Of a DNA stretch of 64,000 bases, positions 22,418-31,974 are shown in pieces. The notes under the pieces were generated by a model, which was given only the letters and a program-made list of their open reading frames with translations, made no database searches and was not told the origin of the DNA. Numbering within the stretch: position 1 is the first letter of the stretch; every line of letters starts with the position of its first letter. Origin of the DNA: Spirochaetia bacterium (GTDB lineage: Bacteria; Spirochaetota; Spirochaetia; SZUA-6; Bin103); the NCBI GenBank assembly GCA_965198005.1, contig CBDAOI010000003.1, positions 480,001-544,000 on the forward strand, read 5' to 3'. Both the position numbers and the translations under genes were made by a program.

Positions 22418-22700
22418 CCGCTCGGGCTCGCCGCGCCGCGGGCGCCTTCGCCTTCAACACCGGGGTCAGGGCCGGCTACACGTGGCGCGTGCTCGGACTC
22501 TCAAACCAAACATACGGTCCACGTCCCGACCACCGGCGTTGCCGGTCAATTACATCCACTACAACCCTGCCGGTATCCCGGCGCACAGGAGGTGCAAGTG
22601 ATACTCAAAGAACCGCACGCGCGCGGGGCGTGAGCCCCGATTGCCGTCTCTGTCTGGCCGCCTGCGTTGCGGGCGCGAGAGTAGGCAGGGCCCGGCAATT

Positions 22701-22774
22701 CGTTACTCGATACTCTCAAACCAAACATACGGAGTTACGTTACTCGATACTCTCAAACCAAACATACGGAGTTA
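22701..22774 (+). repeat. Perfect 37-bp tandem duplication (third partial copy at 22497-22517)
   Basis: cgttactcgatactctcaaaccaaacatacggagtta occurs twice, immediately before ATG 22778. Confidence 0.95.
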
Positions 22775-22777
22775 CGT

Positions 22778-24601
22778 ATGAACATTATGAACATCGTAAG
22801 AATCAGAATGACCTTCGCGGTTGCGCTGGTCCTGGTTCTGACCGCCACCGGCCTGTGGGCCGCTGGCGCAGAAGAGGAGCCGGCAGCCGCCGCCGAGAAG
22901 GAAATGGTGCTCGACCCCACCACCGGTGAGATGGTGACCGCGCCGGAGTACGGCGGGACAATTACTACCAAATGGTGGGCGACCTCCGACCCTGCGCATG
23001 GTGACACCTGGTATGGGGCACTCTATTATCATATCGGTAACCTCGTGTTAGAGACCCTGGGTATCGGGGACTGGGGACTAGACAGGGATGTATTTGACTT
23101 TAAATCGACCTATGTTACTCTGGCTGTCACTAAACCCCACCTAGCTGAAGGCTACGAAACGCCCGACCCGTTCACCACTATCTTCCACATCCGCAAGGGC
23201 GTTCGCTGGCATGATAAGGCACCGATGAACGGACGGGAGCTGACTGCTTATGACGTTGAACATTCCTTTCACCGATTTCTGGGTTTCGGCGATTTCGCTG
23301 AAGCCGGGCCAAGTCCTTTTGTACCCAGCCTTACCGGTCTGCCAATAGAATCGGTGACGGCGACTGACAAATGGACGGTTGTCTTCAAGATGTCGAGTTT
23401 CAGCTTTAATACGCTGGATACGATTTACTTCTCAAGTGCGGATGGTAGCTGGATACAGCCCCCCGAGGTGATTCAGCAGCATGGAGACCTTCAGGATTGG
23501 AGGAACTTGGTCGGCACCGGCCCGTATGAGCTGACTGACTGGATCAAGGGGAGCTCTATCACTTACACCAAGAATCCTGACTACTGGGGCTATGATGAAA
23601 AATACCCAAAGAACCGCCTGCCCTATGCTGACAAGATTAAGTTTCTGGTAATATCGGATGAAGCGACACAACTGGCGGCACTGCGCTCGGGCAAGATTGC
23701 TACGATGCTGGCTTCTGAGGGCGCGCTTGACCTTGACCAGGCAGAGAGCATGCGGCGTGCGTACCCAGAAATCGTGCTAGACGCCGCGTATCTCAAGATG
23801 AACGATTTTGGAATGGACGTGCGCAAGCCGCCCTTTGACGACATCCGGGTGCGTCAGGCAATGCAGTTGGCATTAGACAACGAGACAATCGCCAGAACCC
23901 TATATAGGGGCCATGCAGACCCGACACCTTATGGGATTATGGGGCCGGCGGCCGTCGGGTACTACGTCCCGTATGAGGAGTGGCCGGAAGAGGTCAAGGA
24001 AGGCTATCGCTATGACCCGGCAGGGGCAGAAGCGTTGCTTGAGGCGGCCGGGTATAAACGCGGCGCCGACGGCATTAGATTCAAGACTACCTTAGACTTC
24101 AGCGACGGCGCGCCGTATATGGATGTAGACTATGTACAAGTAAGCAAAGCCTATTGGGCTGAGATTGGCGTTGATGTCGAGCTTAATGTGATAGATACTG
24201 CTACTTTTAACGCCCGTATAAATGACCATACTTATGAAGGTATTACCACCGGGTTGAGAGGCGGGGATTGGGCGTTCACTTTCTTAAGAATCCTGGGTCA
24301 TTCGACCTCAGTGTGGAACATGCACGGAGGGCAGGACCCCGAGTACGACGCCATGGTTGAAGCTGCCGAAGCCGCTACCACCCTTGAGGAGCTGATGAGG
24401 CTGAGCAGAGAGGCAGATATGTATTTCATAAAGAAGCAATGGCAGACATGGGGTGTTCGACCTGCTCAGTTTAGCGCTTATTGGCCATGGCTCGGTGGTT
24501 TCAATGGAGAAACCGGTCTGGGAGGCGGTATGCGTCAGACCGTTCTCTCCCGGGTCTGGGTTGACTCAGACCTCAAGTACGAGCTGACGGGACAGAGGTA
24601 G
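22778..24601 (+). CDS. Peptide/nickel ABC transporter substrate-binding protein (family 5)
   Basis: Signal peptide; PEYGG, IRKGVRWHD, VGTGPY, KNPDYW and PPFDDIRVRQAM motifs. Confidence 0.92.
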   Translation: MNIMNIVRIRMTFAVALVLVLTATGLWAAGAEEEPAAAAEKEMVLDPTTGEMVTAPEYGGTITTKWWATSDPAHGDTWYGALYYHIGNLVLETLGIGDWGLDRDVFDFKSTYVTLAVTKPHLAEGYETPDPFTTIFHIRKGVRWHDKAPMNGRELTAYDVEHSFHRFLGFGDFAEAGPSPFVPSLTGLPIESVTATDKWTVVFKMSSFSFNTLDTIYFSSADGSWIQPPEVIQQHGDLQDWRNLVGTGPYELTDWIKGSSITYTKNPDYWGYDEKYPKNRLPYADKIKFLVISDEATQLAALRSGKIATMLASEGALDLDQAESMRRAYPEIVLDAAYLKMNDFGMDVRKPPFDDIRVRQAMQLALDNETIARTLYRGHADPTPYGIMGPAAVGYYVPYEEWPEEVKEGYRYDPAGAEALLEAAGYKRGADGIRFKTTLDFSDGAPYMDVDYVQVSKAYWAEIGVDVELNVIDTATFNARINDHTYEGITTGLRGGDWAFTFLRILGHSTSVWNMHGGQDPEYDAMVEAAEAATTLEELMRLSREADMYFIKKQWQTWGVRPAQFSAYWPWLGGFNGETGLGGGMRQTVLSRVWVDSDLKYELTGQR

Positions 24602-24638
24602 GGTTTAGTAGGGATAATTGTTACTCGTGAGGGGAAAG

Positions 24639-24672
24639 AAGGGGCTGGGGGCTTAGGCGCTCAGCCCCTTTA
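24639..24672 (+). terminator. Intergenic stem-loop (weak terminator or mRNA stabiliser) after the SBP gene
   Basis: aaggggctg...cagcccctt stem with a short T tail. Confidence 0.55.
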
Positions 24673-24705
24673 CTGAGCGACCTCGCAATGACGAGAGAGG
24701 GTGAC

Positions 24706-25671
24706 ATGCGAACCTACGTAATTAGAAGAATATTGCTAATAATTCCCACCGTGTTGATAGTGTCTATGATAGTCTTCCTCTCGGTACGTCTCATCCCTGG
24801 CGACGTAATAGACATGATGATGGCTTTGATGGGGCCTGAGGCTACCTCGGGGCTTGGCCTTGACCGTGAAGCGATTGAGCATATGCTGGGATTGGACGTG
24901 TCCATCCCGATCCAGTATGGACGCTGGATGGGAGACATTATTCTGCGCGGCAACCTCGGGGAATCGCTGCGTGGCGGTCCGAACGTGACTGACCAGCTGT
25001 TCAGTAGATTGCCAGTGACCATTGAGCTCGGCGTCTTGGCGGTGATTGTAGGACTACTAATAGCTTTGCCTATCGGTATCTATTCGGCGATACGGCAGGA
25101 TACACTTGGTGATTATGGAGGGCGTACTGTCGGCATTCTCTTTCTCTGCATTCCCAACTTCTGGTTGGGCACTATCGTAATGATTTACCCCTCAATCTGG
25201 TGGGGTTGGACGCCACCAATGGAGCTTGTCAAATTTGCCGACGATCCACTGGGTAACCTCGGAATGTTCACAATTCCAGCGGTCATTCTGGGCGCATCCA
25301 TGGCGGGAGTGACCATGAGAATGACACGCACCACGATGCTTGAGGTGTTGAGGCAGGACTATGTCAGAACTGCCTGGTCAAAGGGACTCAAGGAGAGGGT
25401 GGTCATCATGAGGCACACCCTGAAGAATGCGTTCATCCCAGTAATTACCATAGTCGGCATGCAGTTGCCTCTTCTAGTTGCCGGTGCGGTTATTATGGAG
25501 CAGATATTCGGCCTGCCCGGGGTAGGCCGTCTGTTTATAGGCGCTCTCATTGAGAGAGACTATACGATGGTCTCCGGGATAAACTTGTTTATCGCCACCG
25601 TGGTAATAGGCATCAATCTGCTGGTTGACCTCACCTATGGTTATTTGGACCCCAGGGTTCAAAACAGATAG
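24706..25671 (+). CDS. ABC transporter permease, DppB/OppB-like
   Basis: RLIPGD, QYGRW, RLPVTIEL, EVLRQDYVRTAWSKGL and YLDPRV motifs. Confidence 0.93.
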   Translation: MRTYVIRRILLIIPTVLIVSMIVFLSVRLIPGDVIDMMMALMGPEATSGLGLDREAIEHMLGLDVSIPIQYGRWMGDIILRGNLGESLRGGPNVTDQLFSRLPVTIELGVLAVIVGLLIALPIGIYSAIRQDTLGDYGGRTVGILFLCIPNFWLGTIVMIYPSIWWGWTPPMELVKFADDPLGNLGMFTIPAVILGASMAGVTMRMTRTTMLEVLRQDYVRTAWSKGLKERVVIMRHTLKNAFIPVITIVGMQLPLLVAGAVIMEQIFGLPGVGRLFIGALIERDYTMVSGINLFIATVVIGINLLVDLTYGYLDPRVQNR

Positions 25672-25689
25672 GAGGAAGGAGCCGGGTGA

Positions 25690-26721
25690 GTGACGTTACA
25701 GATACATCTAGGAATTGAGGCGCACAAGAGACGTGGCCTGCTGGGCGATTTCTTTATCAGGCTGGTAAGAGAGAAGCCGCTCGGTACCGCCGGTGGGCTT
25801 GTCGTGCTGGTGCTGCTTTGCGCCGGCATCTTTGCCGATGTCCTGGCTCCTTATCCATATGCCGAGATCCACCTTGAGAGTATTCTGGAGGGCCCATCAG
25901 GCCAGTATCTTCTGGGTACCGACCAGTTAGGGCGGGATGTCCTCAGCCGCATTATCTATGGGGCTCGTGTTTCCGTGATTGTCGGTCTCGCGGCGACCAC
26001 TATTAGTGTATTGGGAGCTACAGCATTAGGTGGTCTTTGCGGATTCTTAGGCGGCAAACTTGACCTGATAGTCCAGAGGTTGGTCGATGCCTGGATGGCT
26101 TTCCCGGGATTGCTCGTATTGTTGACGATAATGTCCGTAGTGGGGCGGGGTGTGCCACAGCTGATAGTGGTCCTGGGGATAATAGGCTGGTTCGGTGGTT
26201 CAAGGGTATCCAGAAGCGCCGTTATTGGTATCAAGGAGAACATGTATATGATGGCGGCGAAGTCAATTGGCAGCCCAGCCTGGAGAACCCTTATACGGCA
26301 TGTCCTGCCCAATATGTTGGCTCCCGTAATCATCATGTTTACCACCGGGATAGGTGGTGTAATCCTGGCTGAGGCCTCTCTGAGCTTCCTCGGATATGGT
26401 CTGCCCCCCGATGTTCCCAGCTGGGGAGGTATGCTGAGCGGCGAAGGGCGTCGATTCATGGAGATGGCGCCACGGCTGGCTCTCTGGCCCGGTTTTTGCC
26501 TGAGTATTGTCGTCTACGGGACAAACATGTTTGGTGATGCACTGAGGGACCTGCTTGACCCGAGGCTCAGGGGCGGCGTCGGGCGTATGGGTGCCTATGG
26601 CGCGAAGTCGGTTAAGAACGCCATCAGGGGAACAAGACAGCACCAACCAAAAAATAACGACCAACTCAATCAAGTGGACCCTGCCACGCAACGGCTCATG
26701 GCGCCCAGGTTCCCATATTAG
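25690..26721 (+). CDS. ABC transporter permease, DppC/OppC-like
   Basis: LGTDQLGRDVLSRIIYGAR, RHVLPN, EASLSFLG and FGDALRDLLDPR motifs; the C-terminal ~35 aa may be non-native. Confidence 0.92.
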   Translation: MTLQIHLGIEAHKRRGLLGDFFIRLVREKPLGTAGGLVVLVLLCAGIFADVLAPYPYAEIHLESILEGPSGQYLLGTDQLGRDVLSRIIYGARVSVIVGLAATTISVLGATALGGLCGFLGGKLDLIVQRLVDAWMAFPGLLVLLTIMSVVGRGVPQLIVVLGIIGWFGGSRVSRSAVIGIKENMYMMAAKSIGSPAWRTLIRHVLPNMLAPVIIMFTTGIGGVILAEASLSFLGYGLPPDVPSWGGMLSGEGRRFMEMAPRLALWPGFCLSIVVYGTNMFGDALRDLLDPRLRGGVGRMGAYGAKSVKNAIRGTRQHQPKNNDQLNQVDPATQRLMAPRFPY

Positions 26722-26735
26722 CGGGGGGCCCATAA

Positions 26736-27033
26736 TGGCTGAAAGCGGGGGTGCTCGAAGAAAGCACGTTGAAACGAGCCGATACCGGAGCTCCTCAAGG
26801 CGGAGTGCTCAGCCCCATGCTCTCCAATATATTCCTGCACCATGTGCTGGATGAGTGGTTTGAGCGTGTGGCGAAGCCGCGGCTGAGCGGTTCGTGCCGA
26901 TTGGTGCGATTCGCTGACGATTTTGTGATGACCTTCGAAGACGACCACAGCGGCAAGCGCATGCTGGCCGTCCTGGGAAAACGGCTTGGCCGTTACGGGC
27001 TGGTCCTGCATGCGACCAAGACCCGGTATGTGG
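26736..27033 (+). mobile_element. Internal fragment of a group II intron-type reverse transcriptase
   Basis: WLKAGVLE...GAPQGGVLSPMLSNIFLHHVLDEWF...RFADDF...GLVLHATKT (RT4-RT7 region); truncated at both ends. Confidence 0.9.
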
Positions 27034-27360
27034 GTGCTGCGGCAGGACTACATCCGCACGGCCTGGTCAAAGGGGCTGAGGGAGAGAGCGGTCGTTGTCA
27101 GACACGCCATCAAGAACGCCCTCATCCCGATCGTCACTCTGGTTGGACTGCAGTTGCCCATCCTGGTGGGCGGCTCCGTTATCATGGAGAACATATTCAA
27201 CCTGCCGGGGTTGGGTCGTCTCATGCTGGCCGCGCTCACCGACAGGGATTACCCGATGGTCTCCGGAGTGAACCTGGTGTTCGGCACGGCGGTGGTCGGG
27301 GTGAATCTCATGGTCGACCTGCTCTATGGCTACCTGGATCCGAGGGCCCGTTATCAATGA
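27034..27360 (+). pseudogene. 3' fragment of a second dppB-like permease
   Basis: VLRQDYIRTAWSKGL...YGYLDPR; the 5' two-thirds are missing and it is fused to the RT fragment. Confidence 0.9.
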
Positions 27361-27958
27361 GCGACCCCACCGCGGCACCGGGAGCCGCTTCTTTCTTCGT
27401 CAGGCTGTGGCGGGAGAAGTCACTCGGCACGATCAGCGGGATCATCATCCTGGTCGTGATCCCGGTGGCTATCCTGGCCGATGTCCTGGCCCCGTATGGA
27501 CCTGTTGAGCCGCGTCATCTACGGCGCGCGGCTGTCGATGGTCGTCGGTCTGGCCGCGACCGCGCTCAATGTCGTGGTTGCCCTCCTGATCGGCGGCACG
27601 TCGGGATTCTTTGGCGGCAAGTTGGACCTGGTGGTGCAGAGATTCGTCGATGCCTGGATGGCTATCCCGGGACTGCTCCTGCTGTTGACGATCATGTCCA
27701 TCGTGGTGGGGTGATCATCAGTGAGGCTTCGCTGAGCTTTCTCGGCTTCGGTCTGCCGGTCGGCGTTCCGAGCTGGGGTGCCATGCTCAGCCGGGAAGGG
27801 CGTGAGTACATGCAGCAGGCGCCATGGCTGGCGCTCTGGCCGGGCCTGTGCCTGACGATCGTGGTCTACAGCCTGAACATGTTCGGCGATGCGGTGCGCG
27901 ACCTGCTCGACCCGCGCCTCGGCGGTGGCGGCGGTCGTCTCGGTGCCGCCGCCGCCTG
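27357..27958 (+). pseudogene. Second dppC-like permease with internal deletions
   Basis: RLWREKSLG, LSRVIYGAR and EASLSFLG...DLLDPR occur in different frames. Confidence 0.88.
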
Positions 27959-28089
27959 AGGACTACCACCGGCGGGCGCGACCTGCTGCTGGGCCGGGCT
28001 GCGCCGAGGTTGACAAGGCCAGACAATTGCCCCATATATGCGCAGCCCCGGTCACCGGCCGGGACCAAACGGACTGGGAGTCGAGGTAC

Positions 28090-28455
28090 GTGGATAGGCG
28101 TCTCACCGAGGACATGAAACAACGGCTGTTGGTGCTCAAGGAGGAAATCCTGGGTCACCTGGCCCAGGAGAACGCTGAGTTCCGGGAATTCTGGGAAAAC
28201 ATGGATCCCAAGGATCTGGTGGATGTCGCCGCGGAGGGCATCGACCGCAAGACCCTGGAAGCACTCGGCGCTCAGGAGACCCGGCGCCTCAACTTGGTGG
28301 AGTCTGCGCTCGCCCGCATTTCGAGCGGACACTACGGAGTATGCATGAAGTGCGGGTCGCGCATTCCAGTGGCGCGCCTGGAGGCGATACCCTACGCGCT
28401 GCTCTGCATCGGTTGTCAGTCCTCCGAGGAGCGGCGCGAGCGGCGCAACCGGTAG
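28090..28455 (+). CDS. TraR/DksA C4 zinc-finger protein
   Basis: ALARI..G.YG.C..C...I...RLEAIP.A..C..C; DLVDVA coiled-coil tip; GAGG RBS; TTGACA at 28010. Confidence 0.9.
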   Translation: MDRRLTEDMKQRLLVLKEEILGHLAQENAEFREFWENMDPKDLVDVAAEGIDRKTLEALGAQETRRLNLVESALARISSGHYGVCMKCGSRIPVARLEAIPYALLCIGCQSSEERRERRNR

Positions 28456-28537
28456 GGAGGGCCGGCCGCGGCGCCGGTGCGGCGGCTACCGCCCCAAGAC
28501 CGCCGCCCGGGATGGGCCAACAGCGGCACCCGGGGCG

Positions 28538-29068
28538 CTAGCGGGCCGCTTGCCGGATCGCGGTGGCGTGCAGGATCTCCTTGCCCAACGCCGCCAGGCG
28601 CGGGCCGTACCGGGACAGGCCGGTGTCCGCCTGCACCAGCGGCGGTGCCTGCACCGGATTCCGACTCAGCGTCAGATCGGGGTGCAGGAGAAACAGAACC
28701 ACCGCCTGCAGGTAGTAGTCGAAGAAGTCGGTCACGAGATGGATGGCGCCGCCCGGCCGCAGCCGGCAGGCCAGATCGGCCACCACGTCGCGGCGCAGCA
28801 GACGCCGGCGCCGGTGACGGCGTTTCGGCCACGGGTCGGGAAAGTAGACGTGCACGGCATCCAGCGCCGCCGGCGGGAGTTGCGCAAGCACCTCCTCGGC
28901 CCGGCCGCGGATGACCAGCCCATTCCGCGCGCCGGCCGCCGTCAGTTTGCGCGCGGCCTTGCGGCAGCGCTCGAGCTTGATCTCGGTGCCGATCGTCAGG
29001 GTCGTGGGATGCGCGCTGCAGTGGGCGGCCAGGAACTGTCCGCCGCCGCTGCCCACCTCCAACTCCAC
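28538..29068 (-). CDS. trmB: tRNA (guanine-N7)-methyltransferase
   Basis: LEVGSGGGQF, YFPDPWPKRRH..RRL and LVTD motifs. The frame is open upstream to about 29170, so the start is uncertain. Confidence 0.88.
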   Translation of the reverse strand: MELEVGSGGGQFLAAHCSAHPTTLTIGTEIKLERCRKAARKLTAAGARNGLVIRGRAEEVLAQLPPAALDAVHVYFPDPWPKRRHRRRRLLRRDVVADLACRLRPGGAIHLVTDFFDYYLQAVVLFLLHPDLTLSRNPVQAPPLVQADTGLSRYGPRLAALGKEILHATAIRQAAR

Positions 29069-29169
29069 GCGCGCAGCACGTTCCAGCGCGGGCTGCAGGC
29101 GCGGAAGCTCGGACGGCGACCAGACGGTGCCTGCCTCGGCGGGGTCCAGCAGCGGTTGGAGCGTCGCGA

Positions 29170-29793
29170 CTAACCTTGGTTGCGGGCGAAGTCGACCGTT
29201 ATGCGGCGGCCCTTGAAGTTGGTTCCCGAGAGTAACGCGATGGCGTTCTGGGCCATCTGATCCGGCACCTCGATGAACGAGTAACTGTCCAGAATCCTGA
29301 TCGCCCCGAAGTCGGACGGCTGCACCGCTATCTTGGAGCTGAACAGTTCGGTCAACTCCTCGGGCTGGAGCTTGCGGTTGCGGCCCACGCTTACGAACAG
29401 GCGGCGCATGCCCTCCGGCGGCGCCGAGGTGTCGCGCGGCCGCGGCCGCCGCTCGGCGCGCGCCTCCCGTTCCGGGCGGCTGCTCCGGTAGGCGCGCGCG
29501 GACCGCTCGGGCCGCTCGGTGCGCGTGGCCGGGCGTGCGGCCACGGTACGCCGCGCGGCCGGCGCGGCATCGGTCAGCAGAGCCTTGATCATGTGTGCCG
29601 TCACGTAACCACGGAGATTGAACGGCACGTGCTTCCTGAACAGCTTGCGGTACTCTTTCAGTTCCTCAGGGTCATCCTGCTCGCGCACGGTCCGCACCAT
29701 GCGCTCCACTGCGGCCGTGACTTCTTCGGGCGATAATGGGGTGGCTTTCAACGTGACAGGTCTCCGGTACGAGTCTTCAGTATATAAAAGCAT
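29170..29793 (-). CDS. Stand-alone DbpA-type RNA-binding domain protein
   Basis: RLFVSVGR...[14 protein letters not shown]...[12 protein letters not shown]; no helicase domain. Confidence 0.8.
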   Translation of the reverse strand: MLLYTEDSYRRPVTLKATPLSPEEVTAAVERMVRTVREQDDPEELKEYRKLFRKHVPFNLRGYVTAHMIKALLTDAAPAARRTVAARPATRTERPERSARAYRSSRPEREARAERRPRPRDTSAPPEGMRRLFVSVGRNRKLQPEELTELFSSKIAVQPSDFGAIRILDSYSFIEVPDQMAQNAIALLSGTNFKGRRITVDFARNQG

Positions 29794-29829
29794 AGCACGG
29801 GTCGCGGGTTACTGCTATGCTCTCGGGGC

Positions 29830-30846
29830 ATGAAGGTTCACTACGAGGACGACATCGAACGGGAGTGGATCGCGGACCGGAAAGTCGCGGTCATCGGCTA
29901 TGGCAGCCAGGGGTTCGCGCACGCCAACAACTTGCGTGACTCGGGCGTGGAGGTGGCCGTGGGACTGCGCCCGGACAGCCTCAGCGCCGCCAAGGTGCGG
30001 GAGACCGGCATTCCCGTGCTCGAAACCGCCGAGGCCGCCGCCTGGGCCGACGCGGTCATGGTGCTGGTGCCCGATCACCTCCAGGCCGAGATCTACGAGC
30101 GTGACCTCAAGCCGGGCCTGACGGCCGGCAACAACCTGATGTTCGCGCACGGCTTCAACATCCACTTCGGTCTGATCGAGCCGGATGCCGACGTCGACGT
30201 CACGATGGTCGCCCCCAAGGGGCCGGGACACACCGTGCGCCGCCAGTTCGAGCTGGGCTATGGCGTGCCGTGTCTGGTGGCGGTCGCCAACGACGCCAGC
30301 GGCCACGGCAAGAATCTGGCGCTGGCCTACGCCGCCGCCATCGGCGGGGCCCGCGCCGGCGTGATCGAGACCAACTTCCGGGAGGAGACCGAGACCGATC
30401 TGTTCGGCGAGCAGTCGGTGCTGTGCGGCGGCCTCACCCACCTGATGCAGGCCGGTTACGACACGCTGGTGGAGGCCGGCTACGCGCCGGAGATGGCCTA
30501 CTTCGAGACCATCCACGAGGTCAAGCTGATCGTCGACCTGATCTACGAGGGCGGTATGTCGCTGATGCGCTACTCGGTGTCGGATACCGCCGAATACGGC
30601 GACTACGTGTCGGGCGCGCGCCTCATCGATGACCGCATCCGGGGCGAGATGAAGCGCATCCTGAGCGAGATCCAGGATGGCTCGTTCGCGCGCCGGTGGA
30701 TGGAGGAGAACCGCTCCGGGCGCGGGCGCTTCCTGCAGATGCGGTCGGAGCACGCCGGACACCAGCTCGAGCAGGTCGGCGCCCAGCTCCGTGCCATGAT
30801 GCCGTGGATCGCCAAGGACCGGCTGGTCGACAAGTCCCGGAACTGA
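29830..30846 (+). CDS. ilvC: Ketol-acid reductoisomerase
   Basis: [32 protein letters not shown] and SDTAEYG motifs. Confidence 0.98.
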   Translation: MKVHYEDDIEREWIADRKVAVIGYGSQGFAHANNLRDSGVEVAVGLRPDSLSAAKVRETGIPVLETAEAAAWADAVMVLVPDHLQAEIYERDLKPGLTAGNNLMFAHGFNIHFGLIEPDADVDVTMVAPKGPGHTVRRQFELGYGVPCLVAVANDASGHGKNLALAYAAAIGGARAGVIETNFREETETDLFGEQSVLCGGLTHLMQAGYDTLVEAGYAPEMAYFETIHEVKLIVDLIYEGGMSLMRYSVSDTAEYGDYVSGARLIDDRIRGEMKRILSEIQDGSFARRWMEENRSGRGRFLQMRSEHAGHQLEQVGAQLRAMMPWIAKDRLVDKSRN

Positions 30847-30864
30847 AGTGCCGCCGAGTGCCGC

Positions 30865-31965
30865 CTACGGGAGGTAGACGCGCGGCACCCGCGCGGCCAC
30901 TGCGCAGGTGATCTCGTACGGGACGCTGCCAACCAGGCGGGCCAGGTCGGCCGCGCTGGGACCTGCCGGGTCCGGCCCGAACAGCACCGCCCGGTCATAG
31001 CGGGCTACCTCGGGATCGGGGCCGAGATCCACCATGCACTGGTCCATGCACACGCTGCCGACTACCGGATAACGGCGGCCGCGGATCAGCACCTCGGCGC
31101 GGTTCGACAGGGCGCGCGCGTAGCCGTCGCCGTAGCCCACCGGCAGGGTGGCGATGACGGTCGCCGTGCGCGGCCGGTAGGTCAGGCCGTAGGAGATGCC
31201 GGTGCCGGCCGCCACCCGCTTCAGGAACACCACCCGGGTCGCCAGTTCCATGACCGGCGTGACCGCGACCGTGCGCGGCTGGCAGTCGCCGGGGTAGTAG
31301 CCATAGGCGAGGATTCCCGGCCGTACCAGATCGAGATGGGCCGCCGGCAGGCCGGCGATGGCGGCCGAGTTGGCCGCGTGCCGCACCAGCCGCCGGTGGC
31401 CGGGGATCGCCTCGACCGCGGCCGTGAACGTGGCGAGCTGGGCCCGGGATGCGTTCTGATCCCGATCGGTCACGGCGAAGTGGGTGCAGACGCCGGTCAG
31501 CCGCAGGCCGCTCTGGTCGCGCAGCGCCTGCGCCACGGCCGGCGCGGCGCGCGGCGCACAGCCGATCCGGCCCATCCCGGTGTCGATCTTGAGGTGTACC
31601 TCCAGCGTGCGGTTGCGCCGGGCAGCGGCGCGCGCCAGATCGCGCCCCAGGGCGGCATCGGCGCACAAGCAGGTGAGGCGGGCGTCCACGATCGCGTCCG
31701 CCTCCTCCGGCAGCGGCAGGCTGAACAGCAGGATCGGTACGCTGATCCCCGCGTCGCGCAGCTCCACCCCCTCGGCCACGGTGGCCACGCCCAGGCAGGT
31801 CACGCCCGCCCGCAGCGCCGCGCGCGCCACCGGCACCGCCCCGTGTCCATAGGCGGCGGCTTTGACCGCGAGGCAGGTGCCGACCCGCGGCGGCAGCAGG
31901 CGGCGCAGGCGGTCGAGGTTGCGGCGGAGCTGCTCCAGGTTGATGGTCGCGCGCGTCGCCCGCAT
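30865..31965 (-). CDS. alr: Alanine racemase
   Basis: AVKAAAYGHG, HLKIDTGMGRIG, HAANS, GYGDG and VCMDQ motifs. Confidence 0.96.
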   Translation of the reverse strand: MRATRATINLEQLRRNLDRLRRLLPPRVGTCLAVKAAAYGHGAVPVARAALRAGVTCLGVATVAEGVELRDAGISVPILLFSLPLPEEADAIVDARLTCLCADAALGRDLARAAARRNRTLEVHLKIDTGMGRIGCAPRAAPAVAQALRDQSGLRLTGVCTHFAVTDRDQNASRAQLATFTAAVEAIPGHRRLVRHAANSAAIAGLPAAHLDLVRPGILAYGYYPGDCQPRTVAVTPVMELATRVVFLKRVAAGTGISYGLTYRPRTATVIATLPVGYGDGYARALSNRAEVLIRGRRYPVVGSVCMDQCMVDLGPDPEVARYDRAVLFGPDPAGPSAADLARLVGSVPYEITCAVAARVPRVYLP

Positions 31966-31974
31966 GGCGCCTGG

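Noticed and set aside
22308-22774. CRISPR array suggested by the 37-bp and 20-bp repeats
   Set aside because: The 37-bp units are contiguous with no spacers, the 20-bp repeat has only two copies, and no cas genes are present.
26751-27959. 402-aa RT fusion protein
   Set aside because: After about 95 aa the ORF mostly reads permease remnants out of frame; it is a chance open frame across deletion joints.
26736-27978. Diversity-generating retroelement or retron (RT near near-identical repeats)
   Set aside because: The RT is a short intron-like fragment, the repeat differences do not appear adenine-specific, and no accessory gene or msr/msd was seen.
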